Assembly (NCBI GenBank): GCA_034669905.1
Contig: JAXMOL010000035.1
Location: forward strand, 19,792-83,791
Origin: Candidatus Hydrogenedentota bacterium
GTDB taxonomy: Bacteria; Hydrogenedentota; Hydrogenedentia; Hydrogenedentales; JAEUWI01
Length of the DNA stretch: 64,000 nucleotides
Direction of reading: 5' to 3'
Numbering within the stretch: position 1 is the stretch's first letter; each line of letters begins with the position of its first letter. The position numbers and the translations under genes were made by a program. This document shows, in pieces, positions 51,942 through 60,291 of the stretch. Below the pieces are notes generated by a model. It saw nothing but the letters and a program-made list of their open reading frames with translations, made no database searches and was not told the origin of the DNA.

Positions 51942-52739
51942 ATGGCAGGACACACGAAGGCCGACGAGCACCTATCCGACTACGAGCGGGTCGTGTGTTA
52001 CCACACCCTCCCCCGGGTGAGTCACCCACTCACCCTTGGCCTGATCGCGGCCTATGCGGTTTGTCTGGTGGAGGCCCTCGCCGCCATTGCAATTGGTGTC
52101 TACCTTGGTCACCCCTGGTGGCTGCGCGTCGGTTCTATCGCCCTCGTAGCCCTCATCTTCTTCGGGCTGATCGTATTTACGGTGCGCGCCTTTCTTAACG
52201 AAGTGCGTCGTCGCAAGGCCCTGCGGGCAACGGAGGGGGTTCCGGACGCGCGCGAGTCTGCCCACGATTTGCCCGATCCCTTTGAAGATCATATTCTGTT
52301 ACACCATCCCTCTCATACCCGCGGAACCCTCTTCAGCCTGACGGACAACCACGATACGGAGGGCTACACGGTGCGCATGGGGGCCCGTCGGGGTTGCTGG
52401 GTCGTCTCCGATCTCAGCACGGGCGACGTGCTGGAGGTGAACACGGTGGAGCATGGCCGCAGCTTTCAATTTGGTCTCAATCTTCCGGCACGGCTGGTGG
52501 CGCGACGGGATGGTCAAGACGTGGCCCAGATCCGTCGCCTCTTTTCCATGCAGGAGCAGAAAGTCGACATAGAGGTCCTGTCCCCCACGCCTATGTCCCT
52601 GCAGTTGCGCAATCAGGGCTTTTTCGTAGATAATCGGTTGGTAGGTCGGGTGTATTTTCTCCGGGGTTCCTTCTATCTCGATATTCATCGGTCGTGTTTT
52701 AACGATGGTGTGCTGGCCTATTTTATATCGGAAATTTGA
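51942..52739 (+). CDS. Membrane-anchored hypothetical protein, possible LURP-one/tubby/scramblase-like C-domain
   Basis: Two N-terminal TMs; beta-rich C-domain FSLTD..YTV, VAQIRRLFS, LVGRV..FYLDI plus terminal hydrophobic helix (fold call tentative). Confidence 0.65.
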   Translation: MAGHTKADEHLSDYERVVCYHTLPRVSHPLTLGLIAAYAVCLVEALAAIAIGVYLGHPWWLRVGSIALVALIFFGLIVFTVRAFLNEVRRRKALRATEGVPDARESAHDLPDPFEDHILLHHPSHTRGTLFSLTDNHDTEGYTVRMGARRGCWVVSDLSTGDVLEVNTVEHGRSFQFGLNLPARLVARRDGQDVAQIRRLFSMQEQKVDIEVLSPTPMSLQLRNQGFFVDNRLVGRVYFLRGSFYLDIHRSCFNDGVLAYFISEI

Positions 52740-52853
52740 TGGCATGCGCTTTGCCCGTGGGGTGACCCGGGCAAGGTGCAGATGGAAAATGTTGGGCCGG
52801 CCGGTCAGATGCCGTCGCAACTAGAATCAGGGATTGTGGAGTCGATTCGTTCT

Positions 52854-53456
52854 ATGAAGAAATATCAGGGTGTTGTGGGATGCTGTGCGGTGGTACTGGG
52901 GATGCTTGTGGCAAGCGCACCCGCCCACGCGGGATTGGATTTTGAAGAGGGCATGTGGCGCCTGGAGTTGAACAGCGACTTCGGCGTCCATCAGGGCAGC
53001 AAAGATCGCTCCGGTGATTTCGGCGTCATCGGCTTTGTGGACTACGAAGTGCCCGCCACGTCCCGGGCGACCCTCGGGCTGCGGCTCATGCCCCTCTTTG
53101 TGTATACCCAGGATGAAGAACAGGATCACCACCGCTTTCGAGACTGGTTCCACGATAAGGATAACAACGATGACACCGTATGGGGTGCGGGCCTGGGGCT
53201 CGTGGGCCGCATCTACCAGGTGAAAGACGAATACCGGGGGTGGTATGGCGAAGTGGGCGTTACGGCCCTTGTCCACGACAATGAGTTCGCTGGAAACAAC
53301 TCCAACCTGAATTTCCTCAGCACCTTTGGCGTGGGCTATCAGTTCAAATCGGACTGGCACGTTCAGGCCCACTACCAGCACATCTCCAATGCCAGCCTGG
53401 GCAGCCGCAACTCCGGCGCGAATACCCTGGGGATTGGTATCGGATACCGTTTTTAG
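52854..53456 (+). CDS. Acyloxyacyl hydrolase / lipid A 3-O-deacylase (PagL-like) outer membrane barrel
   Basis: Signal peptide, NF...GVGY, HISNASLGSRNSGAN catalytic motif, C-terminal GYRF. Confidence 0.85.
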   Translation: MKKYQGVVGCCAVVLGMLVASAPAHAGLDFEEGMWRLELNSDFGVHQGSKDRSGDFGVIGFVDYEVPATSRATLGLRLMPLFVYTQDEEQDHHRFRDWFHDKDNNDDTVWGAGLGLVGRIYQVKDEYRGWYGEVGVTALVHDNEFAGNNSNLNFLSTFGVGYQFKSDWHVQAHYQHISNASLGSRNSGANTLGIGIGYRF

Positions 53457-53490
53457 ATTCGACTGAATGTCCTACCGTCTTACTATTCTG

Positions 53491-53520
53491 CCCGTAGCAA
53501 AGGCGCTGCGGGTTTTTTTT
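53491..53520 (+). terminator. Intrinsic terminator after the pagL-like gene
   Basis: CCCGTAGC-AAAGGC-GCTGCGGG followed by T8. Confidence 0.85.
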
Positions 53521-53528
53521 GTGGGCAG

Positions 53529-53760
53529 CGGGGACTGCACCGACGTTACGTGCGGAAAAGGCGGGGGCGAACGTTTTGGCGGAAAAGATGACTACAATAA
53601 GGGGGGACACCAGCTCCACTGTCCCTTTGTTTTCTCGTAGTCGTTTTTGAAGAGGGGGAACGGCCTCGACTATCGTATTGGTGCTACGAAGGCGATGTCG
53701 TGTATTGGCCACGGGGTTTGTGTTTGTGGGTTCGGGTTGATGACGTCGGTGCAGTCCCCG
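53529..53760. mobile_element. 232-bp MITE/REPIN-like element with 18-bp perfect terminal inverted repeats
   Basis: CGGGGACTGCACCGACGT (53529-53546) and ACGTCGGTGCAGTCCCCG (53743-53760); no credible ORF. Confidence 0.55.
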
Positions 53761-54008
53761 ACTCCGCACCAGTAAGGCCACTCGGCCCCGTCTTCGGCGT
53801 TTCTTCGCGGTAGTAAGGGGGGCACCCCCGGCGCTCCCTTTATTAACCTACGACGACACTTGGGTTGATGGGTGCAAACTATACGTGTTTTTCGTGGTTT
53901 TGTGACATATTGCGAGGTTGCCGTGTTGCTGTGTGCCTATATGTGGTGGCTTGCGTGGGAAAGTCGCGGGTATTTAGTGGTTATTTTCAGATTCACCACA
54001 ATATTTAG

Positions 54009-54037
54009 TTGCAACCCTGGAGGTTCTCTGTTAACAT
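54009..54037 (+). promoter_or_regulatory. Sigma70-type promoter for ftsK
   Basis: TTGCAA-N17-TAACAT with extended -10 TG. Confidence 0.5.
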
Positions 54038-54076
54038 GGACCTACGTTATCCCGCAGTATACTCAAGGAATTACCT

Positions 54077-56788
54077 GTGCGCTCGACTCAGAATCTGTCC
54101 GCCGAACGAAGGTCCGAGCTGATTGGACTCGCTATCGCGTGTTTGACGCTGGTGCTTTTTCTGGCGTTAAAGACCGATGGTTTTGACGTAAGTGAGCAGT
54201 CTACGCGCCCCTTGGATGAGATGCACACCGTGCCCAACCTACTGGGAGCTCCGGGCGCGCTGGTGGCGGGGGTTTTCGCATTATTAGTGGGTGACGCCCG
54301 TCACGTGCTCTATTCGCTGACCTTTGTCTGGGCCATTATGCTGATCAGCCACCGTCCGGTGGACCGCCTTCTCCCCCGCTTTGTGGGAGCAGGGATTCTC
54401 CTGATTTCGGTCGCCTCCTTTTTGCAGCTGAATGTGGCGACCGGCAGTTCCAATGCGGATGCGGGTGGTGCCCTGGGCCATTTTGTGGTCTCGCTCTTCA
54501 TGAGTTATGGCTTCGGGATCGCCGGCGCCAACATTATCGTCTGTGCCATGGTTGTTGTGGGGCTGTTACTGGCCGCAGAATACCTGTTTATCTACTTGTT
54601 TCTCGTGGCACGCCACGGAGGCGCCCATCTCTTTGATCGGGCGTCGGTGGCTACCTTGCGTCGTCGCGGCGAAGAAAAAGAGCAGTCGAAGAAGGAGCGC
54701 GCGGGACGATCCCGTCGGAAACCCCAACAAGTCGACCTGCCCCTGGATGAAGCCGAGATTCCCGCGCCGATTGGCAGCGATGTCCCCGAAGTGGCTTCGG
54801 AGCCCGAGTTGGAGCCCGACGAAGACCCCCTTTCTCGCATTACGATTCGTGGCACCGGTGCGCCGGATGTGGTGGAAGAGGAAGAAGAAGCGCCCTTTGA
54901 CGCGGTGCCAGACGTGTCGCCCGTGCCTGCCCATGAGGAGGTGCACGAGGAAGACGATGTCTTCGCCGAGGAAGAAGAAGGGGCCTTTGTTTACGACCTC
55001 GATGCCCCCGTCTCCCCCACGCCCGACGACGTCGCCCTGGAAGAGCCTCCTTTCGAGGAAGCACCTTTTGATGAGGCGGAGTCGCTGGATGTGCCGGGAT
55101 TGGACGACTATGCCGAGTCCATGTCAGACGATGTGTCGGCCTTGGGTGTGGATGTTTTCGATGAGACGCCCGAAGTGGAACCCGAGCCGGTGCCCGAGCC
55201 CGTAGAGGAGCCCGTGGCAGCTGCGCCGGTGCCGGAGAAGGCCAAGCCCAAGCCCCGACGTGCCCGCCGAAAGGCGATAGCGCACGAAGAGATTCCCCAC
55301 GACTATCAGTATCCCAAGACCTATTCCAAGCCGTCCCTTGATATTCTCGATGAGCCGGAAGAGACGGTGGTGACCGATCTTTCAGAGACCCTTCGTGCAA
55401 CGAGTGTCAAACTGGAAGAGACCCTGCAGACCTTTGGTATTGAGGCCCGGGTGACCGATGTGACGCGGGGCCCGACCATTACCCGCTATGAGCTGGAGCC
55501 GGCACCGGGCATCAAAGTGGCCCGATTCCAGGCCCTGGCCGACGATATTGCCCTGGCCCTCAAGGCCCACCGTATTCGTGTGGAAGCACCCATCCCGGGC
55601 AAAGGCCGTGTGGGGATTGAAGCACCCAATACGGAGCGGGATCCCGTGCTCATTCGGGAACTGATTGAGTCCCGTCCCTTCCGGGGTGGTAAAGGAAAAC
55701 TGAATCTTGTGCTTGGCAAAGATATCGCCGGGGACGTGAAGATTGCCGACCTGGCGACCATGCCCCACCTGTTGGTGGCGGGTGCGACGGGTGCGGGTAA
55801 GACGGTGTGTGTCAAGGCCTTACTGGCCAGTCTGCTGTTTAAGCACAGCCCCGATGACCTCCAGCTTATCCTGATTGACCCCAAGATGGTGGAGCTTTCG
55901 ATCTTCAACGATATCCCCCACCTCATCACCCCGGTGGTGATCGATCCCAAAAAGGCATCGATTTCGCTCACGTGGTTGATCAATGAGATGGAAGAGCGCT
56001 ATCGTCTCTTTGCCGACCTGCGGGTTCGGAACATTGAAGTGTACAATCAAAGCGTCGAAAACGGCGAAATTGAGATGGAAGGCGATGAGGATGAAGGCGA
56101 TCAGCAGCACCTCAGTATTATCCGCCGTCTCCCCTATATTGTCTGCGTGATCGACGAGTTGGCGGACCTCATGATGCTGGCCCGCAATGAAGTGGAAGAT
56201 TCCATCGGACGGCTGGCCCAGTTGGCCCGCGCCGTGGGTATCCACCTCATTATCGCCACGCAGCGCCCCTCGGTGGACGTGTTGACGGGCGTGATTAAGG
56301 CCAACTTCCCGTCCCGTATTTCGTTCCAGGTGTCTTCCCGGGTGGATTCCCGGTGTATTCTGGACGAGATTGGTGCGGAGCGCCTTATCGGCATGGGTGA
56401 TATGCTGTATTTGCCGGCGGGCCAATCGAAGCCGACGCGTATCCAGGGTGCCTTCGTGAGCGATGAAGAGATGAATTCGCTGATCATGCACCTGAAGCGT
56501 CAGGCGCCGCCGCAATACAAAGATGAAATTGAGAATTGGGGAAAAAGCAAAGATAAATTAGAAGAAATTGCCGATGAAGCCGATGAACTCTTCGACGATG
56601 CCGTGCAGGTCGTGATGGAAACGGGACAAGCCTCGATTTCCATGGTGCAAAGACGGTTACGAGTAGGGTACACTAGGGCAGCGCGGCTTATTGATATGAT
56701 GGAACGAAAGGGGATCGTGGGACCCCATACGGGTAGTAAAGCACGGGAAATCTTGGTCGAAACGGTGCAGGCAGAAGAAAGCTCATGA
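54077..56788 (+). CDS. ftsK: DNA translocase FtsK
   Basis: N-term TMs, acidic Pro-rich linker, MPHLLVAGATGAGKT, IDPKMVEL, IDELADLM, ATQRPSVDV, gamma domain QRRLRVGYTRAARL. Confidence 0.97.
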   Translation: MRSTQNLSAERRSELIGLAIACLTLVLFLALKTDGFDVSEQSTRPLDEMHTVPNLLGAPGALVAGVFALLVGDARHVLYSLTFVWAIMLISHRPVDRLLPRFVGAGILLISVASFLQLNVATGSSNADAGGALGHFVVSLFMSYGFGIAGANIIVCAMVVVGLLLAAEYLFIYLFLVARHGGAHLFDRASVATLRRRGEEKEQSKKERAGRSRRKPQQVDLPLDEAEIPAPIGSDVPEVASEPELEPDEDPLSRITIRGTGAPDVVEEEEEAPFDAVPDVSPVPAHEEVHEEDDVFAEEEEGAFVYDLDAPVSPTPDDVALEEPPFEEAPFDEAESLDVPGLDDYAESMSDDVSALGVDVFDETPEVEPEPVPEPVEEPVAAAPVPEKAKPKPRRARRKAIAHEEIPHDYQYPKTYSKPSLDILDEPEETVVTDLSETLRATSVKLEETLQTFGIEARVTDVTRGPTITRYELEPAPGIKVARFQALADDIALALKAHRIRVEAPIPGKGRVGIEAPNTERDPVLIRELIESRPFRGGKGKLNLVLGKDIAGDVKIADLATMPHLLVAGATGAGKTVCVKALLASLLFKHSPDDLQLILIDPKMVELSIFNDIPHLITPVVIDPKKASISLTWLINEMEERYRLFADLRVRNIEVYNQSVENGEIEMEGDEDEGDQQHLSIIRRLPYIVCVIDELADLMMLARNEVEDSIGRLAQLARAVGIHLIIATQRPSVDVLTGVIKANFPSRISFQVSSRVDSRCILDEIGAERLIGMGDMLYLPAGQSKPTRIQGAFVSDEEMNSLIMHLKRQAPPQYKDEIENWGKSKDKLEEIADEADELFDDAVQVVMETGQASISMVQRRLRVGYTRAARLIDMMERKGIVGPHTGSKAREILVETVQAEESS

Positions 56789-57252
56789 GCCAGCTAGAAT
56801 TTCCAGGATATAAATTGACAGAGCAACGGGAAGCCTTGGGCTTGTCGTTGTTGGATGCGTATCACGAAACCCATGTGCCGACTGAGTATCTGACCCGCCT
56901 GGAATCAGGCGAGTTGGATGAGCTTCCGGCGACGGCCTATACGGTCGGGTTTCTCACCACGTATTGCAACGTGCTCGGATTGTCTGCAGAGCCCTTTATC
57001 GACGCTTTGCGGGCGTGTCGTGCTGCCCGACCGGAAGTAAACTTCCTGAGTCGGGGTGCCCTTTCGGACCCGTCAAACCCCTACCCCCTTTGGGTGCGGG
57101 ATGCGATGACCTGGGCGGCTATCTGTGCCCTGCTGCTGCTGGGTTGGTTTTCCTTCTCCATGGTGGTACGGCCCTTCAGCGAAAACACTACGGATCGAGT
57201 CAATGCCGGTAGTGTGGAAATCAAGCCACCCGCCCGTTTCGGCGTCGAGTAA
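56785..57252 (+). CDS. RodZ-like HTH membrane protein (short, no C-terminal domain)
   Basis: GYKLTEQREALGLSL..YLTRLESG..LP..YTVGFLTTYC..LGL plus one TM; ftsK-rodZ-pgsA synteny. Confidence 0.8.
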   Translation: MSQLEFPGYKLTEQREALGLSLLDAYHETHVPTEYLTRLESGELDELPATAYTVGFLTTYCNVLGLSAEPFIDALRACRAARPEVNFLSRGALSDPSNPYPLWVRDAMTWAAICALLLLGWFSFSMVVRPFSENTTDRVNAGSVEIKPPARFGVE

Positions 57253-57385
57253 AGCGCGCCGGGGCGTATGCGCGTAATAAAGTTCGGCCAGTTCGCTGGT
57301 CGTTGGATAAAGTCGGCCCTGTTCCGGAACTACTGCGCGTCATTGCCCTGCGTTCCGTGCCCCAACCTGCTACAATGGCGTTACC

Positions 57386-58000
57386 ATGAACTTACCCAAC
57401 AAACTAACTGTGGCGCGCTGTATTCTGACGGCCTTCTTCGTGCTGTTTCTGTCGATTCACAACGTCTACAGCTTTGCCATTGGCTACGTCGTCTTCGTCG
57501 TGGCGGCTATCACGGATTACTACGATGGCAAAATTGCGCGCGAGCGTAATCTGGTCACCAACTTCGGTAAACTGCTCGACCCCGTGGCCGACAAGGTGCT
57601 GGTTGTGGCGGCCTTCGTCATGCTACTGGGAATCCCCGCCATGCAGGTGCCGCCGTGGGCGGTGGTGTTGATTCTGGCGCGGGAGTTTCTTGTGACGGGA
57701 GCCCGTTCGTTGGGCGCGTCTCAGGGCATCGTAATTCCGGCCAACAAATGGGGCAAGATGAAAACCATTTTGCAGATGGTCTACGTCTGCACCTTTCTCT
57801 TTTTGGTGGTGGTCTTGCAGGCCCTGGAACAGTATCCGTCCATCGTGGATAGTATTCCCGGTGATGTAACCCTGTATATCTCAGGCATCGGAACCGCTTC
57901 CATGTGGGCCATCATATTTGTGGCGCTCTATACCGTGTATTCGGGCGTGCAATTTGCCCGGCTCAACTGGAAGTCGCTCGGGCTCGACTCCCTCTCATGA
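57386..58000 (+). CDS. pgsA: CDP-diacylglycerol--glycerol-3-phosphate 3-phosphatidyltransferase
   Basis: MNLPNKLT..R, TDYYDGKIAR...TNFGKLLDPVADK, GKMKT..QM. Confidence 0.96.
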   Translation: MNLPNKLTVARCILTAFFVLFLSIHNVYSFAIGYVVFVVAAITDYYDGKIARERNLVTNFGKLLDPVADKVLVVAAFVMLLGIPAMQVPPWAVVLILAREFLVTGARSLGASQGIVIPANKWGKMKTILQMVYVCTFLFLVVVLQALEQYPSIVDSIPGDVTLYISGIGTASMWAIIFVALYTVYSGVQFARLNWKSLGLDSLS

Positions 58001-59121
58001 ACAATACCATCCATACTTCGCAGGCGGTCGTCGACCTGGCGGCCTATGCCCACAACCTTTCCGTGGTGCGTAATCTGGTGGGTCCCTCCTGCCGCATTGC
58101 CGCCATTGTAAAAGCCGACGGTTACGGTCTGGGTGCCTTGCCGCTCGCCCGGCGTGCCCTTGATACCGAGGCGACCATGCTGGGCGTGGCCACGGTGGAC
58201 GAAGGCATCCAACTGCGGGAAGGCGGCATCGAGGCCCCCATTCTCGTCATGATGCAATCGGACACCGACGTATTGGCATCGGTCGTGCGCTACGGCCTGA
58301 CCCTCATGCTTTCCGATGTGCGTACGGCGGAGCAGTTGGGCGAGATGGCGCGGAAGGCCAACACGGTGGCCCCGGTCCATTGCATGATAGATACCGGCAT
58401 GAACCGCCAGGGTTTTGCTCTGGAGACGGCGGCCGATGAAATCCAATACCTGACGCGAATTTCCCACATTGATATTGAAGGTATCGGCACCCATTTTCCC
58501 ACGGCCAATGTTGTTGACGACGCCCTGACCTACGCTCAGATTAAGGCCTTCAAGCAATTGCTCCGGCGCCTCGAAAAAGACGGGACGCCCTATGAAATCG
58601 CCCACACGGCGAACAGCGCCGGCACGGTGAACTATCCCAGTGGCCTGTTCAACATGGTGCGGGTGGGTATTATGACCTACGGCGTCTGGCCCACCGATCA
58701 GCCTCCCGCAACGGCCCTCCTTCGTCCGGTGTTGCGTTGGGAAACGACGGTGGCCCAGGTGCGCGAAGTGGCCGCCGGGGAGACGGTGGGCTATGGGCGG
58801 ACCTACACGACCGAGACAGCGATGCGGGTGGCCATGTTGCCCGTCGGATATGCCGACGGGTATCCCTATCACCTTTCCAATAAGTCCGACGTGCTGATCC
58901 GCGGGGTACGGTGTCCCCTGCGGGGCACGGTGTGTATGGACCAGGTGGTGGTAGACGTGAGTCGGGTTCCCCGTGTGGAAGTGGGCGACACGGCGGTGCT
59001 CTTGGGCGGCAATGGCGAAGACGCGATTACGGTGGCGGAGCTGGCGCACCATGCGGGCACGATCCCCTATGAGATCCTGACCGGAATTGGCCGGCGGGTG
59101 CCGCGCATCTACGAGGGCTGA
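57997..59121 (+). CDS. alr: Alanine racemase
   Basis: AIVKADGYG, DTGMNRQG, HTANSA, VGYG, GYADG, VCMDQ, TIPYEI. Confidence 0.97.
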   Translation: MNNTIHTSQAVVDLAAYAHNLSVVRNLVGPSCRIAAIVKADGYGLGALPLARRALDTEATMLGVATVDEGIQLREGGIEAPILVMMQSDTDVLASVVRYGLTLMLSDVRTAEQLGEMARKANTVAPVHCMIDTGMNRQGFALETAADEIQYLTRISHIDIEGIGTHFPTANVVDDALTYAQIKAFKQLLRRLEKDGTPYEIAHTANSAGTVNYPSGLFNMVRVGIMTYGVWPTDQPPATALLRPVLRWETTVAQVREVAAGETVGYGRTYTTETAMRVAMLPVGYADGYPYHLSNKSDVLIRGVRCPLRGTVCMDQVVVDVSRVPRVEVGDTAVLLGGNGEDAITVAELAHHAGTIPYEILTGIGRRVPRIYEG

Positions 59122-59150
59122 GGCAAACGGGCCCCGGAAATGAGGTTGGC

Positions 59151-59669
59151 ATGGCAGAATTACACTTGGTCGACGGCTACAACGTCTTACATAAGTGCCG
59201 TTGGCTGAAGGGCCTGCTGCGCCAGGATCTGGAAACCGCCCGGGAGGCCCTCATCGACAAGGTGGCCCACTTCTGCGTACAGACGGGGGCGCGTGTGACG
59301 ATCGTATTTGATGGCCGGGGCCGCCAGGTTTCGGAGCGGGTGGATCACAATCGCAGTGTGGGCTCCCTGGAAGTGATTTACTCACCGGCCAAACTGACGG
59401 CGGACGCGGTTATCGAGCGGATGGTCTATGAAATGCCCCGAAAGATGGAAGTGGTGGTGGTGACCAATGACCGCGGCGTCCGTGATTTGTGCCGGGGAAT
59501 GGGGGCGCTCGTCATGGATGCAGGAAACTTTCTCAACAGTATCCAGGAATCCCGTCAGGACACCAGCGAGGCCCTGCAACGGACCCGTCAGGTGAATCCC
59601 CATCATCTCGAGGATCGGCTTGACCAGGACGCCCTGGCTTTGTTGGAAAAGCTGCGCAAGAAGCTCTGA
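59151..59669 (+). CDS. NYN-domain (YacP/Rae1-like) ribonuclease
   Basis: LVDGYNV, AREALI, IVFDG, TADAVIE, VVTND. Confidence 0.88.
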   Translation: MAELHLVDGYNVLHKCRWLKGLLRQDLETAREALIDKVAHFCVQTGARVTIVFDGRGRQVSERVDHNRSVGSLEVIYSPAKLTADAVIERMVYEMPRKMEVVVVTNDRGVRDLCRGMGALVMDAGNFLNSIQESRQDTSEALQRTRQVNPHHLEDRLDQDALALLEKLRKKL

Positions 59670-59792
59670 GGATTCTGATCGGAATGGAATGCCCAGCGTG
59701 ATGCTCGCGGTCCATACTATGGTGGCATCGCGTGGCACGAAAGCCGTCTATCGCGCAACGCCAGGTTGGCGTGTCGATAGCCATCACGCTTC

Positions 59793-60269
59793 CTAAAGCG
59801 CGGGGTTCTGACGCGATGATTCGTCGACATCCGGCTGCACGTTGATGGTGACCAATTCCCATCCATCCTGGGCGCTGCCCGTGAGTGTGGCGACGTAGCG
59901 GTGGGGGAAGCTCCGACCCAGGGGATCCACGAAGTCTACATCCCCCTTGAACTCGATCTGCCCATCCACCCATTGGTGCCAGGAATCCCGGCAATACACG
60001 GCCGCGATGGCCGGTTCCTTGCTGCGTTGATCCAGAAGATCTCGCAGGAAGGCGTAGGCGCTGGCCCGTTCCTTTTCCGCGAGGTAGGCTTTCAGCTTTG
60101 CTTCGCCATCTTCCTCCCGCTCAAGGCGGTCATAGTCCGGCACGTCTTCCTGGGAGAGGAGGACGTAGGAGATGCCGGTGAAGGCACCGAGCAGGATTAC
60201 GGCGAGGGCCACCAACCGTAGCCGACGTTCCTGACGGTCGAGGCTTGGGGGAATGCCAGCTCCTAACAC
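59793..60269 (-). CDS. Hypothetical single-TM protein
   Basis: GTG 60269 after GGAG; one hydrophobic helix then a soluble domain; last gene of the minus-strand operon. Confidence 0.6.
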   Translation of the reverse strand: MLGAGIPPSLDRQERRLRLVALAVILLGAFTGISYVLLSQEDVPDYDRLEREEDGEAKLKAYLAEKERASAYAFLRDLLDQRSKEPAIAAVYCRDSWHQWVDGQIEFKGDVDFVDPLGRSFPHRYVATLTGSAQDGWELVTINVQPDVDESSRQNPAL

Positions 60270-60291
60270 GATGAACTCCGGGAGATTGATT

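Noticed and set aside
53872..54186. Small ORFs in the pagL-ftsK spacer
   Set aside because: No RBS or motifs; overlap the ftsK promoter and start
54720..55260. Acidic Pro/Glu-rich low-complexity stretch in FtsK
   Set aside because: Ordinary variable FtsK linker
56785..57252. Short RodZ-like gene as a pseudogene
   Set aside because: HTH and TM are intact with a clean stop; no remnant of a C-terminal domain before pgsA
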